A stretch of DNA of 64,000 nucleotides from positions 22,507,486 to 22,571,485 of the forward strand of contig CM119267.1 of the NCBI GenBank assembly GCA_051294375.1, read 5' to 3'. Within the stretch, counting starts at the first letter, position 1; the number at the start of each line of letters is the position of its first letter. Origin of the DNA: Paraspadella gotoi. Lineage: Eukaryota; Animalia; Chaetognatha. The notes below the pieces were generated by a model, which was not told where the DNA came from, ran no database searches, and saw nothing but the letters and a program-made list of their open reading frames with translations. Positions 12,063 through 25,546 of the stretch are shown piece by piece. The position numbers and the translations under genes are program-made.

Positions 12063-15000
12063 GGTTCTTTATTTTTTTTGGGGGGGGCTGGGGTGGGGCG
12101 GGGAATGGGTGGGTGTGAGGGGAGATGGAGATGGGAAATTCTAACGAGCGTCGAAGGTCTCGAGGGAAAAGAGAGAAGAGACACGAGCCAAAGATTTTCT
12201 TTTTTTTTCTAATTTTTTTTTTTCTTTCATTCAATTTTTTTTCTCTCGCTTTTTCCTTTTTCATCTTTCTCGCGTTCGCAGTTCGATCCAACATTCTTGC
12301 TTACAACATAATCGTGCGATCGAAAAGTCACGTTTTTCTGTCTCTCTCTTCTCACTCTCTCTCAATCTCTGTCGCTCTGTCGCCATTCGACGGATTTTCG
12401 TACATATTTTGTTTTTCGTTATTATTTTCCTTTTCTCCTTATTTCGTATACAGGGACAACGAATATTTTTCTTTTTTTATTTTCTTTTTTTTATGTCGCA
12501 GATTTTTGCAATTCCGGAATTTTTTCTTTCTTTTTTTTTTTCTTTTTCTTTTTTTCCCTTTTCCATCGACGCGGTTGAAGTTGACTTATAACGGAGGGAA
12601 AATCCCCGGAGTCAAGGCCGACGCAACATAGTAAGCTTTTATTGTTTTCCGCTTTTTTTTTTGTCCTCTGTCTCTGTCTCTCTTCTCCTTTTTCTCTCTC
12701 ATCTCCGGTCGTCGTTATTTTCTCTCTCTCTCTTTTTTGTTTGTTTTCCTTTTTTTCTTTTTTTTTCGTTTGGTTTTTATTTTTCCGCACTATTTCCTTC
12801 TATTCTTTCTTCTCTCAACCGGCGGGACGTTTTTGCCCCGGCGCTTTCTTCGTCTCCCCTCCTCTCCTCACTCCTCTCTCTCTCTCTTCTCTCTCTCTCT
12901 CTCATCTCTTCTCTATCTCTCCTCTCTCCTCACTCTCTCTCTCATCTTTCTCTCTCTCTCTCTCTCGTCTCTCTCTCTCTCTCTCTCTGTTAGAGCGAAT
13001 CTCTTCTTCTCTCTACCTTTGGCGCCTCCATCCCTTGCGTAATCTCCTCTCTCTCTCTCTCTTCTCCTCGTTTCTCTCTCTGTCTCTCGTCTCTCTCTCG
13101 CAAAACGCTTCTCTACCCGCTAGAGCAGGCTACCCCGCTAACCGCCGCTAACCCCGGCCGATATAAAATTTTCGGTCTCCTTTCATATCGCGCCCGGCGG
13201 CCCCGACATAGGGGGGCGGGAGAGAGAGAGGGGAGGTTTGCCCCCGGGCGGAGAGGGGCCGGCGCGTGGCGGAGAGGGAGAAGAGAAAAAAGTGGAGCGA
13301 AGGTTCCGGTTTCGGCGCCGCAGGAGGGGGCGTGGCCGGCGTCAAAAAACGCCACGCGCAGGCGCTCTCTCGCGGATGAAAGAGGATGAAGGGAAGAGAA
13401 GCGAGGTCGGCGAGGGCGTCGGGGAAGGTCGTCGACGGGCTTTTCGGGGTCGCCGATTAAGACCCGGGGAGAGGATAGAGACGGAGACAACACACGGTTC
13501 CTTCTTGCTCTCTTCGCGCGCATAGAGTGGAGAGAAGAGAGAGACAGAGACGGGAGAGGATGTTCTTTCGTCTCATTCGCAGTCAGCTCACGGGCGCCGT
13601 TAAACTCCACGAGGTCTTGTTTTTAGGAATCGGTTTCCATTCCATCTATCACGGCCTCGGAGACGCTCTGCTCTCTCGCTCGCGTCGCTACAAGATTCCG
13701 TGTATCTTCTCTCTCTACGTTCTCTCCGCCGCTCGCTCTCCCTCTTTTCACCTGCTCTTCGAAATCGAAGATGGGGCGGGCCAGAGAGAGAAGAGAGAGA
13801 CGGGGCCGATATTTTGGGTCGAAGAGCGGGCGAATAGAATCTCCAACGGGATTGTTATTGGTTTTTTTTTTGTAAACGTCCGTGAAACTATCGCGTTTGG
13901 CGAAGAGAGGAAAGGTGGGAGAAAAGAAAGGAAAAAAGGGAGGGAAGAACCAAAAATGGAAAAAAAAGGAAACGTAGAAAAGAAAGGAAAAAGGGAGGAC
14001 GGAGAGAAAGGGGAAAAGGGCAAAGGGCGAAAAAGAGGACGGATGACGGCTGGGAGAAAATCGGAGAACATTTGATTAAGAAAGTGTAGAAGTTTGAGTA
14101 GACATCCTTCGTTGGAAACGATTACAGTTTCCGGGATTTCGCTTTGTTTTTTCCCTGTTTTTCCAGTTACTGTTGTTGTTTACCTGGTGATCTTCCGGCT
14201 AATTCGAGCGCTAATTGGTTTTAAATTCCCGCGGTGGTAAGTTGTTAGTTTAGTTTTGTTTACATTCAACTCTTGGTTCAATTTCGTAAATGGGAGATGG
14301 CGATGAACTTTGTTGACCTAAAATTTTGGGTAAAAAAAAAAAGTAATGAGTTTATATTTATTAATATAAGTTATTAACGATCAAAGTGAACGTCATTTAA
14401 ATTCTTTGTTGTTGTTCGAAATAAAGGTTTTTTAAAAATTTTCTCCCCTTAAATTAACAGAGATTCCGTCGGCGCGCGGTGGGCGTGGCCCTCTGTCTTT
14501 CCCAGCCTTTTTCCGGAGTTATGCTCGCAACCTGAAAAAAAAAAAAAAAAAAACGATGGGGGGGTGGGAAGAGACGCTAAAAGCGTAAAAGAAAAAAAAA
14601 AAAAGAAAGATGGCGTCGAGAGAGGAAAAAAAAAGAGTGCGCTGGGAATGAGAAAATATAAAACAAATGGCGCAAGAACAACCAACCAAAAATAAAAAAA
14701 GTAACGGAAAATAGAAGACAAAATAATGGAGAAATAAAATAAGGGGTTCAAATTAAAAAAAAATATGGACTTTACCCATAAACAAAATTGGGACAAAAAA
14801 CAAACAAACAAAAAACCACAAAGAAACTTAAATGAGTCGAATGAAAAGGCATCAAAGAGTGTCAATTAAGACAATGAAATAAAAACCCAAATGAAAAAGA
14901 AAAATGGAAGTCCAGAAAGAGAAAAAGAAACAAAAATTTTAGCACAGAAAAGATAAAAAGGAAAAAGAAAAGAAAAGAAAAGAAAAAGAAAAAAGCGAGT

Positions 15001-15108
15001 GTCATGAAGTCCGTTATGTTGAAAAAAACATTTTTTTTTTGGACGGAACTTTCTTTTCCGAACCAAGAAGGAAAGGAAAGTGAGAGAGAGGAGAGAGAGA
15101 GAGAGAGA

Positions 15109-15168
<60 letters not shown>

Positions 15169-16418
15169 AGAGGAGAGAACGAACTATAGAGTTTTCCGCC
15201 GCCGGGGGCGATAATGACCGTCTTGTCCACTCTTTATGTCTTTCTGATGTGGTATCTGAAGCGGCCGCCAAGGGGCACCGAGAAGGAAGGCGTGGAGGTC
15301 GAGGCTCGCCAAAACGGGCACGTTTCACTAATCTCCTCGTTCAAAACTCGGTCCACGCTCGCAACGTAAAAAAATCGCTCGCTATATCCAGTTGTATCTG
15401 TTCTCCTTAATGGAGCCTGACTCACTTGCGCAAAAACTAAAAATAATTATTTAACTTTTCTAGTTTAAGTTTTCCAGTGATCAATGGCGCTTTTTTTCCT
15501 CATAATTGTTTTCCTCTGCTTTACCAGCACTCGAATGGAAATTCACAAATGCTTCACTTCAACATTCGTATTTTAATAAATCAGAACCCCCTCAGACTCC
15601 TCTGTCTCTATAATTCGTCCTCGCTCTTTTTCCTCGATCTCTCTTTTCCTGTCCTCTGCCTTCTATTTCTTTTCCACACACCCTCTCTCTCTCTCTCAAT
15701 CTCGTCTCTCTCTCTCTCCATCTCCGTCATCTCTCCCCTCCTCGCTCTCTCTCTCTCTCCTCTGATCCCTCTCTCTCTCTCTCTCTTTTCTCTCAAAACA
15801 TCTAAAAACCTCTCTCGTCTCTCTCTCCTCTTTTTTGCCTCAATTTGGCTCGTTTATTTTATTCGCTGGAAATGTTTTTTTTTTTTTTACTTATATCACG
15901 CTCAGCCATTTTTTTCCCCTGCGCTTTAAGGCTTTAAGCCGGTTGTTTTTTGTTATTGATATTTTCTTCATTTCTTTTTCCGCTGTTTGGAGTTTACTAT
16001 CGCCTCAGAAGCAGAGAGCGCGCTACAGTTTGAATCTAAATCCGGGTTGAGTCAACGCATATTCGCATCTTTACATCGGGAGATTCCGCGTTCGTCGAGG
16101 CCTGAATTTTGGAAACGAAATTCTCCGATTTTTTTTTCCCTCGCCTCGAGAAAAAAAACAATTAGGGCAATAAAAAGTTTTATGATTTTAATTTTGGCGT
16201 TTTGAATTTATGTGGCTTTTTCGGTGATATTTTCCATCTTTTGGCAGATTGAGATACTGAAGAGAGAAAGAAGAAAATAAAGAGAGAGACGAGAGTGAGT
16301 AATTTTCGAGAGAGCCAGGAAAAGTGTCGAGAGAAATTGATAATAGGAAAGAAACAGTGCATGAGAGCAACACCCGTCCTGTTGGCGAAGGCCAAGAGCG
16401 TCCCCGTTCGTCTCGTTG

Positions 16419-16451
<33 letters not shown>

Positions 16452-16460
16452 CTCTCATCT

Positions 16461-16492
<32 letters not shown>

Positions 16493-19044
16493 CTCTCCTC
16501 TCGTCTCTCATTTCCGACCTTTATTTGGCGCGAGATTTTATTTATTTTTATTTTCGTCTTTATTTATATTCATTTATTTTCTCACGTCTCCGCTTGCCAT
16601 GGTGTTTACGCGATCGGCGCTGCGCGGCCGGAGGGGCGTGAGGCGGCTGGAGCGCGGCGGAAGGGCAGTTATTTCTCTGCCGACGCGGGGCGGATCGTTC
16701 CATCGCGTCGCGAGAGAACGCTGATTCGAGCCGGCGCGCGCGTGCGAAAACCGGGGAGAGAGAGAGAATGACGATAGAGAGCAGAAGAGAAGATGAGAGA
16801 GAGAGAGAGAGATGAGAGGAGAGAGAGAGAGAGGAGAGAGAAGAATAGAGAGATGAGAGAGAGAGAGAAGAGAGAGATGAATGAAATGTTGAGAGGACTG
16901 TGATAAGAACCAAGAGCGGAACGGAGTGAAAGCTTCTAGGGGTAAGAGAAGAAAGGAAAAAAATTGCAAGATTGGCTCAGAAAGAGAGAGAGAGAGAGAG
17001 ACCGAGAGAGAGGAGAGAGAGAGAGAGAGAGATAGAGGAGAGAGAGAGAGAGAGATAGCATTGACAGAGTGAGAAGGGAGCGTCGCCCAATTTTCCCGAG
17101 ACAGGTTTCAAAGGTTTAAAAAAAAAAGAGGTTGTCGCAAAAGGTTCGCGGCGAAAAAGGCCCTACCAAAAAAAACGAGTGGGCGTGGCTCGATGGAGGA
17201 GCGACGACCGGAAATGGTGGGACGGCTGAAAAAAAAGAGCAATGGGAGGAAAGAAGAAAAAATTGAAAAAAATCGAAGGACAAATCAGGAGAAAAAATCG
17301 AAAAATTTGAAAAAACAAATTAGAATGTTTAATGAAAAAGAAAAACAAGTCCATTCAAGTTGTGCGACAAAGTGACTTTTTGATATAAATGATATATGGG
17401 AGTAAATAAACAAGGACTGTGAGAGAGTCTTGATTGAAAGCTTGCAGGGACCTGCCATGTCATTTATCTTGTAAGAGTGATGGAGGCCTTAAACCACCAA
17501 AGGCCTGTCCACAAGTCAGGGGCAAGATAGCTTATTGTATTTAAATTGATTGCGATAAACTTTTTATATTGGTTGTTTTGTACCCAAAGATAATCACGTG
17601 ACTACTACAATTATGAAACATGACTGTTATTGGACCACGATATTTTTGACATGGACCAAGAAGCATCTTATGGCTAAACCACTTATTTTTACCAAGTGTA
17701 AAACACAATAAAAATATAGTAAACTCTCTCGTTTACAAACGACGTTAGCTGCCATGAAGGACAGACAGAGAAACGAGCAAAAAAAACCGACCGATCGAAA
17801 AAAGACTAAGAGTGTTGCTGCCCGCGAGTACTCTGCGGCCGCGGACTAAAAAACCTGTGCTGAAAAAAAATAGAAATAGATGGGTTTCTTTTTTTTTTTC
17901 GGTTACGACTAAATTTTTTGGAAAAGTCGCTTCAGTCTCTTTCTCCTATATTGCTGAAGAGTGAGCACAGGCGACGACGGGAATAACTGAGACAGAGAGA
18001 GAGAGAGAGAGAGATACGTCGAGTAAGCGATTCCCGGGAAAGGGACAAGCGTGCGGGCGAAGTTGGAGTAACTGAGGAGAGAGAGAGAACGAGAGAGAGA
18101 GAGCCGACGCAGAACCGAGAGAGAGCAGAGACGAGAGAGACGAGAGAACAGAAGGAGAGAGAGACTGAGAGAGAGAGAAAGCACGAGAACACGTTTTTTC
18201 GCGCGGGACATCCATTGAAGTCGAAATTGGGGCGGGGCGCGTCGGGCGGCGCGTAACCCGATTTGCCGTCGGTCGCGCCGCGCGTTCCGCGTTACAATGA
18301 AGAGGAATTTGTGAGTCCCGTCGGGCGTGAATCGAAGACTCTCGGTGACTAATCCAATTCGAGGCAGAGAATCGGAACCGGAAACGAGGGCGCGCGTGGA
18401 AGGGGGTGGGGGGGGAGTGGAGATTGGGTGAGTCGGATTGGTGAGGAAAGGATGGAAATAGGACGGCTGTTGTTGTTGTCGTCGTGGTTACCGGGTCCGT
18501 TATCATTGGGATATCCTTTCTTGGATTAACTTGAAGCAGAATAATTTGTGGTTCGTTTCAAATGAGATTTGAGTTCTTCAATCTGATTTACATATTGTAG
18601 CGATTTAGATTATTTCTTATATATTTTGTTTCGGTTTACTTAGAAGTTTTGTTCCATTATTTTAGGGATATTTTTAATAAGGTTTAATAATAATCGTATT
18701 TTCCAAACGATATTTTGATATTTCATGGTAGTTTTACAAATGTATAATATAAAATGTAAAATACAAAATTTTGGGGGGCTTTTTACGACATGACGTTGAT
18801 ATTGTTAACGCTTTAGTTTTGTGCCTTTACTGTGGTTATACGCTCGGGTCATCACTGGGATGAAAAGAGTTTGTTTTTGTTATTTTTGGTTCGTTGCCAT
18901 CGTTTATTTCCGAACGAGAATCACGGAGTTTATTGTTGTTGTTGTTTTGGCCTTTGGGAGGCGTTGTTGTTATATATCGAGGTTGATGAGAATGAAGATG
19001 AGGTCCTTGCCCTCGTGGCCAATGTTCACTGAGCTTTTGTTGTT

Positions 19045-19390
19045 ATCTCATCTTATTCTCATATCATTTCAACTTATATTATCTCATCTCATTATTTTAT
19101 CATTTCATCTCATCTCATCTCATCTCCATCTCCTCTTATATAATCTCATCCTATTCTCATCTCATCTCATCTCATTCTTTTCTAATGTCATCTTATATCA
19201 TCTCATCTTATTCTCATATCATTTTAACTTATAATTATATCATCACATTCTCATCTCAGTTCATCTTATCTCAACTCATCTCATTCTTTTATCATTTCAT
19301 ATCATCTCATCTCCGTCTCTTCTAATATCATCTAATCTTATTCTCATCTTATTCTCATCTTATTCTCATCTCATCTCATCTCATCTCATC
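19045..19390 (+). repeat. Degenerate (TCATC)n pentamer microsatellite; homologue at ~36805-37480
   Basis: Runs of tctca/tctta units, pure at 19362-19390. Confidence 0.9.
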
Positions 19391-19530
19391 CCCTTTCAGG
19401 TGACCTTTTTAATTAGGGAACGGCGAAAAATGCGGCCTAACGAAGGAAAGAGATTAAGTAGCGTGACGGACCTGACCCGAACTCGGGACACGAGAGGCGG
19501 ACCAANNNNNNNNNNNNNNNNNNNNNNNNN

Positions 19531-20941
19531 AAAGAGAGAAAGATAAGTGCGAGGGGGGCCGTCGTGGAGCCGATTGTAAGTCATGCCTTCAAGAGTGGAG
19601 GAACTGGGGAACCGACTCTCATCAGATCGGAGATTCCATCGATGGAAACCAAGAAAATTGGACTGCGAAGCGCGCGAGCGTTTCGGCGCGGACGGCGCCG
19701 TGGTGGCCTTCGACGCCATCAGGCCCCTTCGGACGGCTCTTTTCGATCTCGCATCAAAGAGTATCGGATCCGCAGAGAAGCGAGGGTCACCGACGGACGA
19801 GCCCATCGAAGAAAACGAGGTCATCTTAGAGGTGAGGTCCTAACAAATACGGGCCGCGGACAGGTGAACAAGTGGTCGTTTCACGTGCGAGGGCTTCAGC
19901 GAGAAGAGTTTGGCAACATTTGGGACAAGAGTGAACGACGTCCGGTCACGGATCCTTGTTGGGTGGAGGGTTTCTGTCGAAGGTTCGCCCATGAACCGTT
20001 GGTGGAGTCGACGGGACAGTTCGCACGGGACGGCACACCTTTAGATTTATTCTTTTCAAGTTTTCTGGAGGAGAGAATCCGATGCCCGGCCTGTTTGAGT
20101 CCGCGGGCATTTCTTAGGCGATCTTAACGTGGAATAATGCCTCTGTTGACGACTCTTGAAGACGCAACGTCGCAGTAACTGACACGGATAATCGCGTGGT
20201 TCCGCGGACGTAGGCATTATGACGTACGCCGCTCGGGCGGATGTCGAGGTGCCCGGGCCGGATCGCGGGCGAAACTGCGGAAGCGTTTTCTGGAGTGCAT
20301 CGACGGCGAAGGAATTTTCGATTTCTTCACCGCCAATGGCATCGTCGGTCCTCCTCCGTTGGAGAAGATTCCGCCGTCCATGCGGGCGAGACGGTCGTCA
20401 GGAAGAGACATCGGTTAAGTCGTAAAGTTCTGAGAAGGTCAGGAAAAAATAAGGGGAAAAAATCGGGTAACTTTTGACCTGAAAAAACTTTGGTAATCTT
20501 AAATAATCAATTTAATGTTCACATCGCGTGATTTAGCAAAAAAATTAAAATGTACGCAGATTCATCGGTAAACGAAAATGACCAAACTTTTGCCGCGTCA
20601 TCTACTTTCCTTCTCTTCCACCTCCAAAAACATCCTTACCTTTACGATGGCTCCGAGACGAAAATCGACTCGGACGACAGCGTCCCTCGTAATTCGATTT
20701 GCAATGGCGACAAAATTCAAAACAACATCGTAGATGAAAGAATTGGAACGCGGTGACTGCGATGGACAATCGCAGCGCGCGGCACCAGCTCAAGAAAAAA
20801 GAACAGGATACGACGGAGGCAGACATTAGGAAGGAGGCGATTGAGACTCGCGTCTTAAACTGTCGTCGTCTTACGATTCCCGCTCTCTTATGTTCCGCCT
20901 CCTTCTTTATTCTTTGTAGTCCAACGAAATTGAGAAATTAA
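19531..20941 (+). CDS. Putative coding region with CARD-like segment, copy 2
   Basis: Duplicate of 1685-3095. Confidence 0.3.
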
Positions 20942-23879
20942 CCCGTCAAAAAACGTCGCGAGGGCGAACGCGAGAGGCGCCTTCGTCTGGAGTCGGGGAA
21001 GACCACACGGAGGCGGACAAACAGAACAAAAGCTCGTCATGTTCTAATAGTAATATTAATTAAGCTATTAACTAAGTAATAATAATGTATTACTATTATT
21101 AGTAATGCAATAAACGTTTATTAAATTTTTTAAAACAATTCACTCAAACAACAAATCATATCAAAATTAATTACTAAATGGCTAACTACGTTTTTATTTT
21201 ATTTAAATCTTTTTAATTTATTATTATTTATTAAACAATTAACAATTAATTATTTTCTTGGCAGAAAAATTAACAATTTAAAATTTTTTTTAAAATTTTT
21301 TTATAAAGAATATAGAATTAATTTTATAATTGGGTAACACCAATATAAAAATTATTAAATGATTAAATAAACATGATTAAAATTTGAAGTTAACTCCATC
21401 AAGAATTTAAAAAAAAATTTGGGCTTGACTTAGTCTTAGTTAATTTTTTTGGCGTTCATTTTCCTTTTTTCACTTTTTTAGCTTTGATAATACATATTAA
21501 CTTAATAGACCTTAAACCCAAGGTAAGCGTCCGCTTACGTAGCATAATGCTATTGACATTCGGAATAGCCGGCCAAAGAAACAGATTTTTTGGTCAATGT
21601 TCGAATAATGCCTCGAGATTAAACGATTATGCGAAAGCTACGTTTCGCTAAAAATAGATAATCCGACGAAACGTGACATATAATCCAGATTTCTCTGCGT
21701 CATGCGTTTTTCATTTCACTACGATAATAACAACTCCTAATACCGGCACGAAGGCGATCGATGTAGTTCCTACTTACCGCGTACATGGTTTTGGACGAGT
21801 TTTAGTTTCCTAGTTTTAGGGTTTAGAGAGCATTAGCTGGATCAAACTTGATGTGATTTGAAGAATTCAATTCTTTCGTTTATGACGCTTCAGAAAGTCG
21901 CCATTTTAAATGGGGTTTTTTTTCCGAGTAACAATTTGCGTCAAGAGTTGTAATTTAAACGACTTTATTTTATGTCAGACTCATAATCATAAAAAATTCA
22001 AGAAAACCGCGAAATAGCGACCTTTTTATTTCTATCACAACAACAACCACCAACGAGAGCTAAGCCCGTTTCGAATTCCTCGCCAAGGCGCCCTTCGGTG
22101 ACGTCGGCTTGGCGCGAAGAAATGAACAGTCGGTTGGCTCAAAAACGTGACAAACGACGTGTCATTGTTTGTGTCATGTCACCCGGGAGTATGGCGTGGA
22201 CGCCCACTACTTTTTCCTCGGCGGAGAAAAAGGGCGAGAAGAATCGAGGCAAAGCGAAAAGAGAAAGAAAAAGAAAAAAGAAAGGGAGGAGAGGAAGAAA
22301 AAAAAGAAAGAAAGAGGACGAACCGCTTGAATTCGAAACGAGTTGCCAAGAATGCGCCGTGGGCTGCAAAAGAAAATAAAAGGAGAGATGTCTCTTCTCG
22401 CCAAAGGAAGAGGGAGGAATGAGCGGGGTGCGGGGCGAAGGAGTGAGGGAGAAAGGGTCGAATGTTTAAAGACAAGAATCAAATTTTTTTTCACTCCGCG
22501 GCGAGAATAGAAATGGCAACACTCATTCTCAGGCGCCGCGCGCGTTGGCGAGGAGTAAGCTCAACGGGGTAGGGGGAATATTGTCTCTGCGCGGCGTTGG
22601 TGAGTTTTTATAATGACTGATGGGAAATAGTGATAGAATTATGAACTTATGCTGTTTTCGGCTTAATTTTCAGACGGATATTTTAAACACTTTTAGCTAG
22701 CTAATATAGCTCATATAAACTTACTCTCAGTCCTCAACGACGAATTTTTTTTTGCCCCCGACTCATTACTTTATCACAAAATAAGAAAGAAGAAATATTG
22801 AATTATACAGGGGTCTCTTAAAATCTAGGAACCAAAGAGAGAACAAAACAATTTTGTAGTTTGCATGCAGGATTCCGGCTCTCTTGGATTCTGAATAATC
22901 GAATACAACAGATTTGTTCTATCAAAACAAGGTTAGTTATGCGATAGTATCATTTCGATTAGAATCAGAAATCTCTAAAAAACAAGAAGAAGGTAAAAGG
23001 CCCCCCCATAACTTTTTAGAGTTCAATTAATAAGTTATTATCTCGGGACGAAGAAGATTTGTTACACCTAATTTTTGGTTTGACGGGTTTTTCATCCTTT
23101 ATCTTTTCTTTGTTGGCAATTAAATTAATATAATTTCACGGTTTTGTAAATCTCGTAATTTTGTAATGTTCACCAAATCACCTTGATTAAGTGTTTAAAA
23201 AATTGTCGCGGGACAGTTATTATTCCGATATCCTGAGTAATAAAAGTTAACAAGAATGCAAAGTAAGTTAATATTAAAATAAGGAGGCATTCGGAAGGCT
23301 GCTCTGGCAGAGACATCAGTATTCAGTGAAGTAAACGCAAATAATAACCGTTAGCGGTGGTGAGTTTAAAACAAAAAACAAAAACATAAAAAACCGACTT
23401 TAAAATCATTCACAATTCATCTCTGCTTTTTCTTCTTTTTGATTATGAAAATCTGATGACATGCAGAACAAAAAGTGCTGCACTTAAACGGCTTTTAGAT
23501 GTTTAAGAACGAATTTTGTTCCAAAGTAAAAAAAAAAAAACGGCTTAGGTTCAATTTTTTTTTCTCATCTCCCCGAAAATTGATTTTCGTTTCGCCTCAA
23601 CAGATTTTCCTTCCAAATCACAGCACCAAAAGTTCCTAAACTTAGCAAACGAAATTCCATCCCAGTTTGCTTGACTAACGCGTTTTTTTTTCCCCCTTTT
23701 TTTCCTTTTTTTTCCCTTTTGTTTCCTTTTTTCAACACTTTTCGAACCATTTTAAAAGTCTCTCCTTTTCCCCGCCTTCCCCCACATTGCCCATACCAAT
23801 TCCATTCGCCCTTCTCTTTCCTAGATATTTTAAACCCCTCCCCCGTCCCCCCCCATAAAAAAAAAAAAAAAAAAGGATT

Positions 23880-24955
23880 TTAGCCAAGGAAAATAGTTTG
23901 GGAGAGGAAGAGGAAATTTCCATTTTCCGTTGAGGATCGAATCTCGTCCCACGTGCTGTAGGCCGCCGCCGCCGACACGCTCCGCCGCCGCCGCTCCGCG
24001 CCCCTTTCCTCGTCAGAGGACGACGGCGTCAACCGGGCCGTTGGCGATAACGAGTTGTCCCCGCTCGTTAAGCACCAGATTAACAAGTTTTTTCCGCCGC
24101 CCGCAGGAGGCGGAATCGCATTCTCCGTCCGGGCAATTACATTCCGGTTCCCTGACGGTGAGAATCAACCAAGTCGCTTTTCCGGATGTGAGAGAAGGTA
24201 GCGGCGGCGCGCGGGTCGTCAACGCCCTCCCTTTGTCCGCTCGGCGCCGTCGTGTCGTGGCGGCGGCGTCGGCGCGGCGGCTCTCATCGGTTTCCCGATC
24301 CCTCGAACGGGCGGCGGGAAGCGCGGCGGTGGCGGGCGGCTGAAGCCGAAATGACGGATTTTTCCGTTTCGAAAGGCGATTTCAGCGGAACTTTTTGTGC
24401 TTCTTTTTTCCGTGGCGCGAGCGTCATTTTTTTCGTGCGATCCTCGTTTCCGGCAATGAGGAGGAGGAGGGAGGTGGAAAGGCGGCGGAGACGACTGGGG
24501 CGTTAATAGATTGCGCTTTTGTTATGGTCGTCGTCGTTGTCGTCGAAGGCGCGAGGCAACGAGTCTTTCGTCCTTTTTTCGCGCGAGACACGGTTGGCGT
24601 CGTCAATGAGACCGCTTCCGCGGCCCGTCTTTTCCATTCATTCCCCCCTCTCGCTCGTTTTTCCTTTCTTTTCCTCCATTTTTGTCTCCCGCGCGCAGAC
24701 CTGAGACCGGCGTTGCGGCGGTCCGGAAGCGGCGTCGGCGGCGTCAGTTCCATCGAGTTCCTCGTCGGGAGGGGGGGCCCAGTTCCTCCTTCGATCCGAA
24801 ATCCCGGAATTTCTCTGATTTTCGTCGGCGGAGGAGATTTTCCTGAACGAAGGAGTTGTTGGATGGAGTGTTGGAAGCGACTGAGTGGAGCGAAAGGTTG
24901 GAGCGAAGAGGGGTTGGAGGGTTGGAGCGGACGGAAGTTTCCGAAGAGGCTATCC
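23880..24955 (-). CDS. Putative downstream exon, copy 2
   Basis: Duplicate of 6034-7109 (+17,846). Confidence 0.45.
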
Positions 24956-25233
24956 CTGAAGGAGAAGGTTTTAAAAAAAAAATGACTTTGAGGCTCAAAA
25001 TGGGGTTTTTTTTTCAAATCGTGTGGGTGTTTAGGTGTTCAAACCTGTTCACAGTTCCGTGTTCACTGTTCAGGTCAATCGTTGCAGGATCTAAATTGTC
25101 TTTTTTTTTCCTTTTCCCTAATCAAGAAATCCTATCTGTTTCTTTCTTTTTATTGCTTTCTGTGTTTTCTTGTTTTCTGATATCTTTTCTAACTCCTTTT
25201 TATCTTTTTTTTGCCTTTTTGTTTGATTTCCTT

Positions 25234-25286
<53 letters not shown>

Positions 25287-25546
25287 CTCTCTTCTCTCTC
25301 TCTTCTTTCTCTCTCCCTATCTTTATTTTCTTGTTTTCCCTTGTTTTATGTTTTTTTTTTTCAAGATCCTTTTTATCTGTTTTCCTTTTTGGTTTCCTCT
25401 CTTCTCTCCCTCTTCTCGTTCTCTCTCTCTCTCCTCTCGTCTCTCCTTCTCTCTCTCTCTCTCCTGCTCCTCTCTCTCTACTCTCGAAAGTGGTGGGAGG
25501 TGGGGCTCATCCTCTATTCTTTCCTTTCGTTCAAGGCCCGCGTCTT

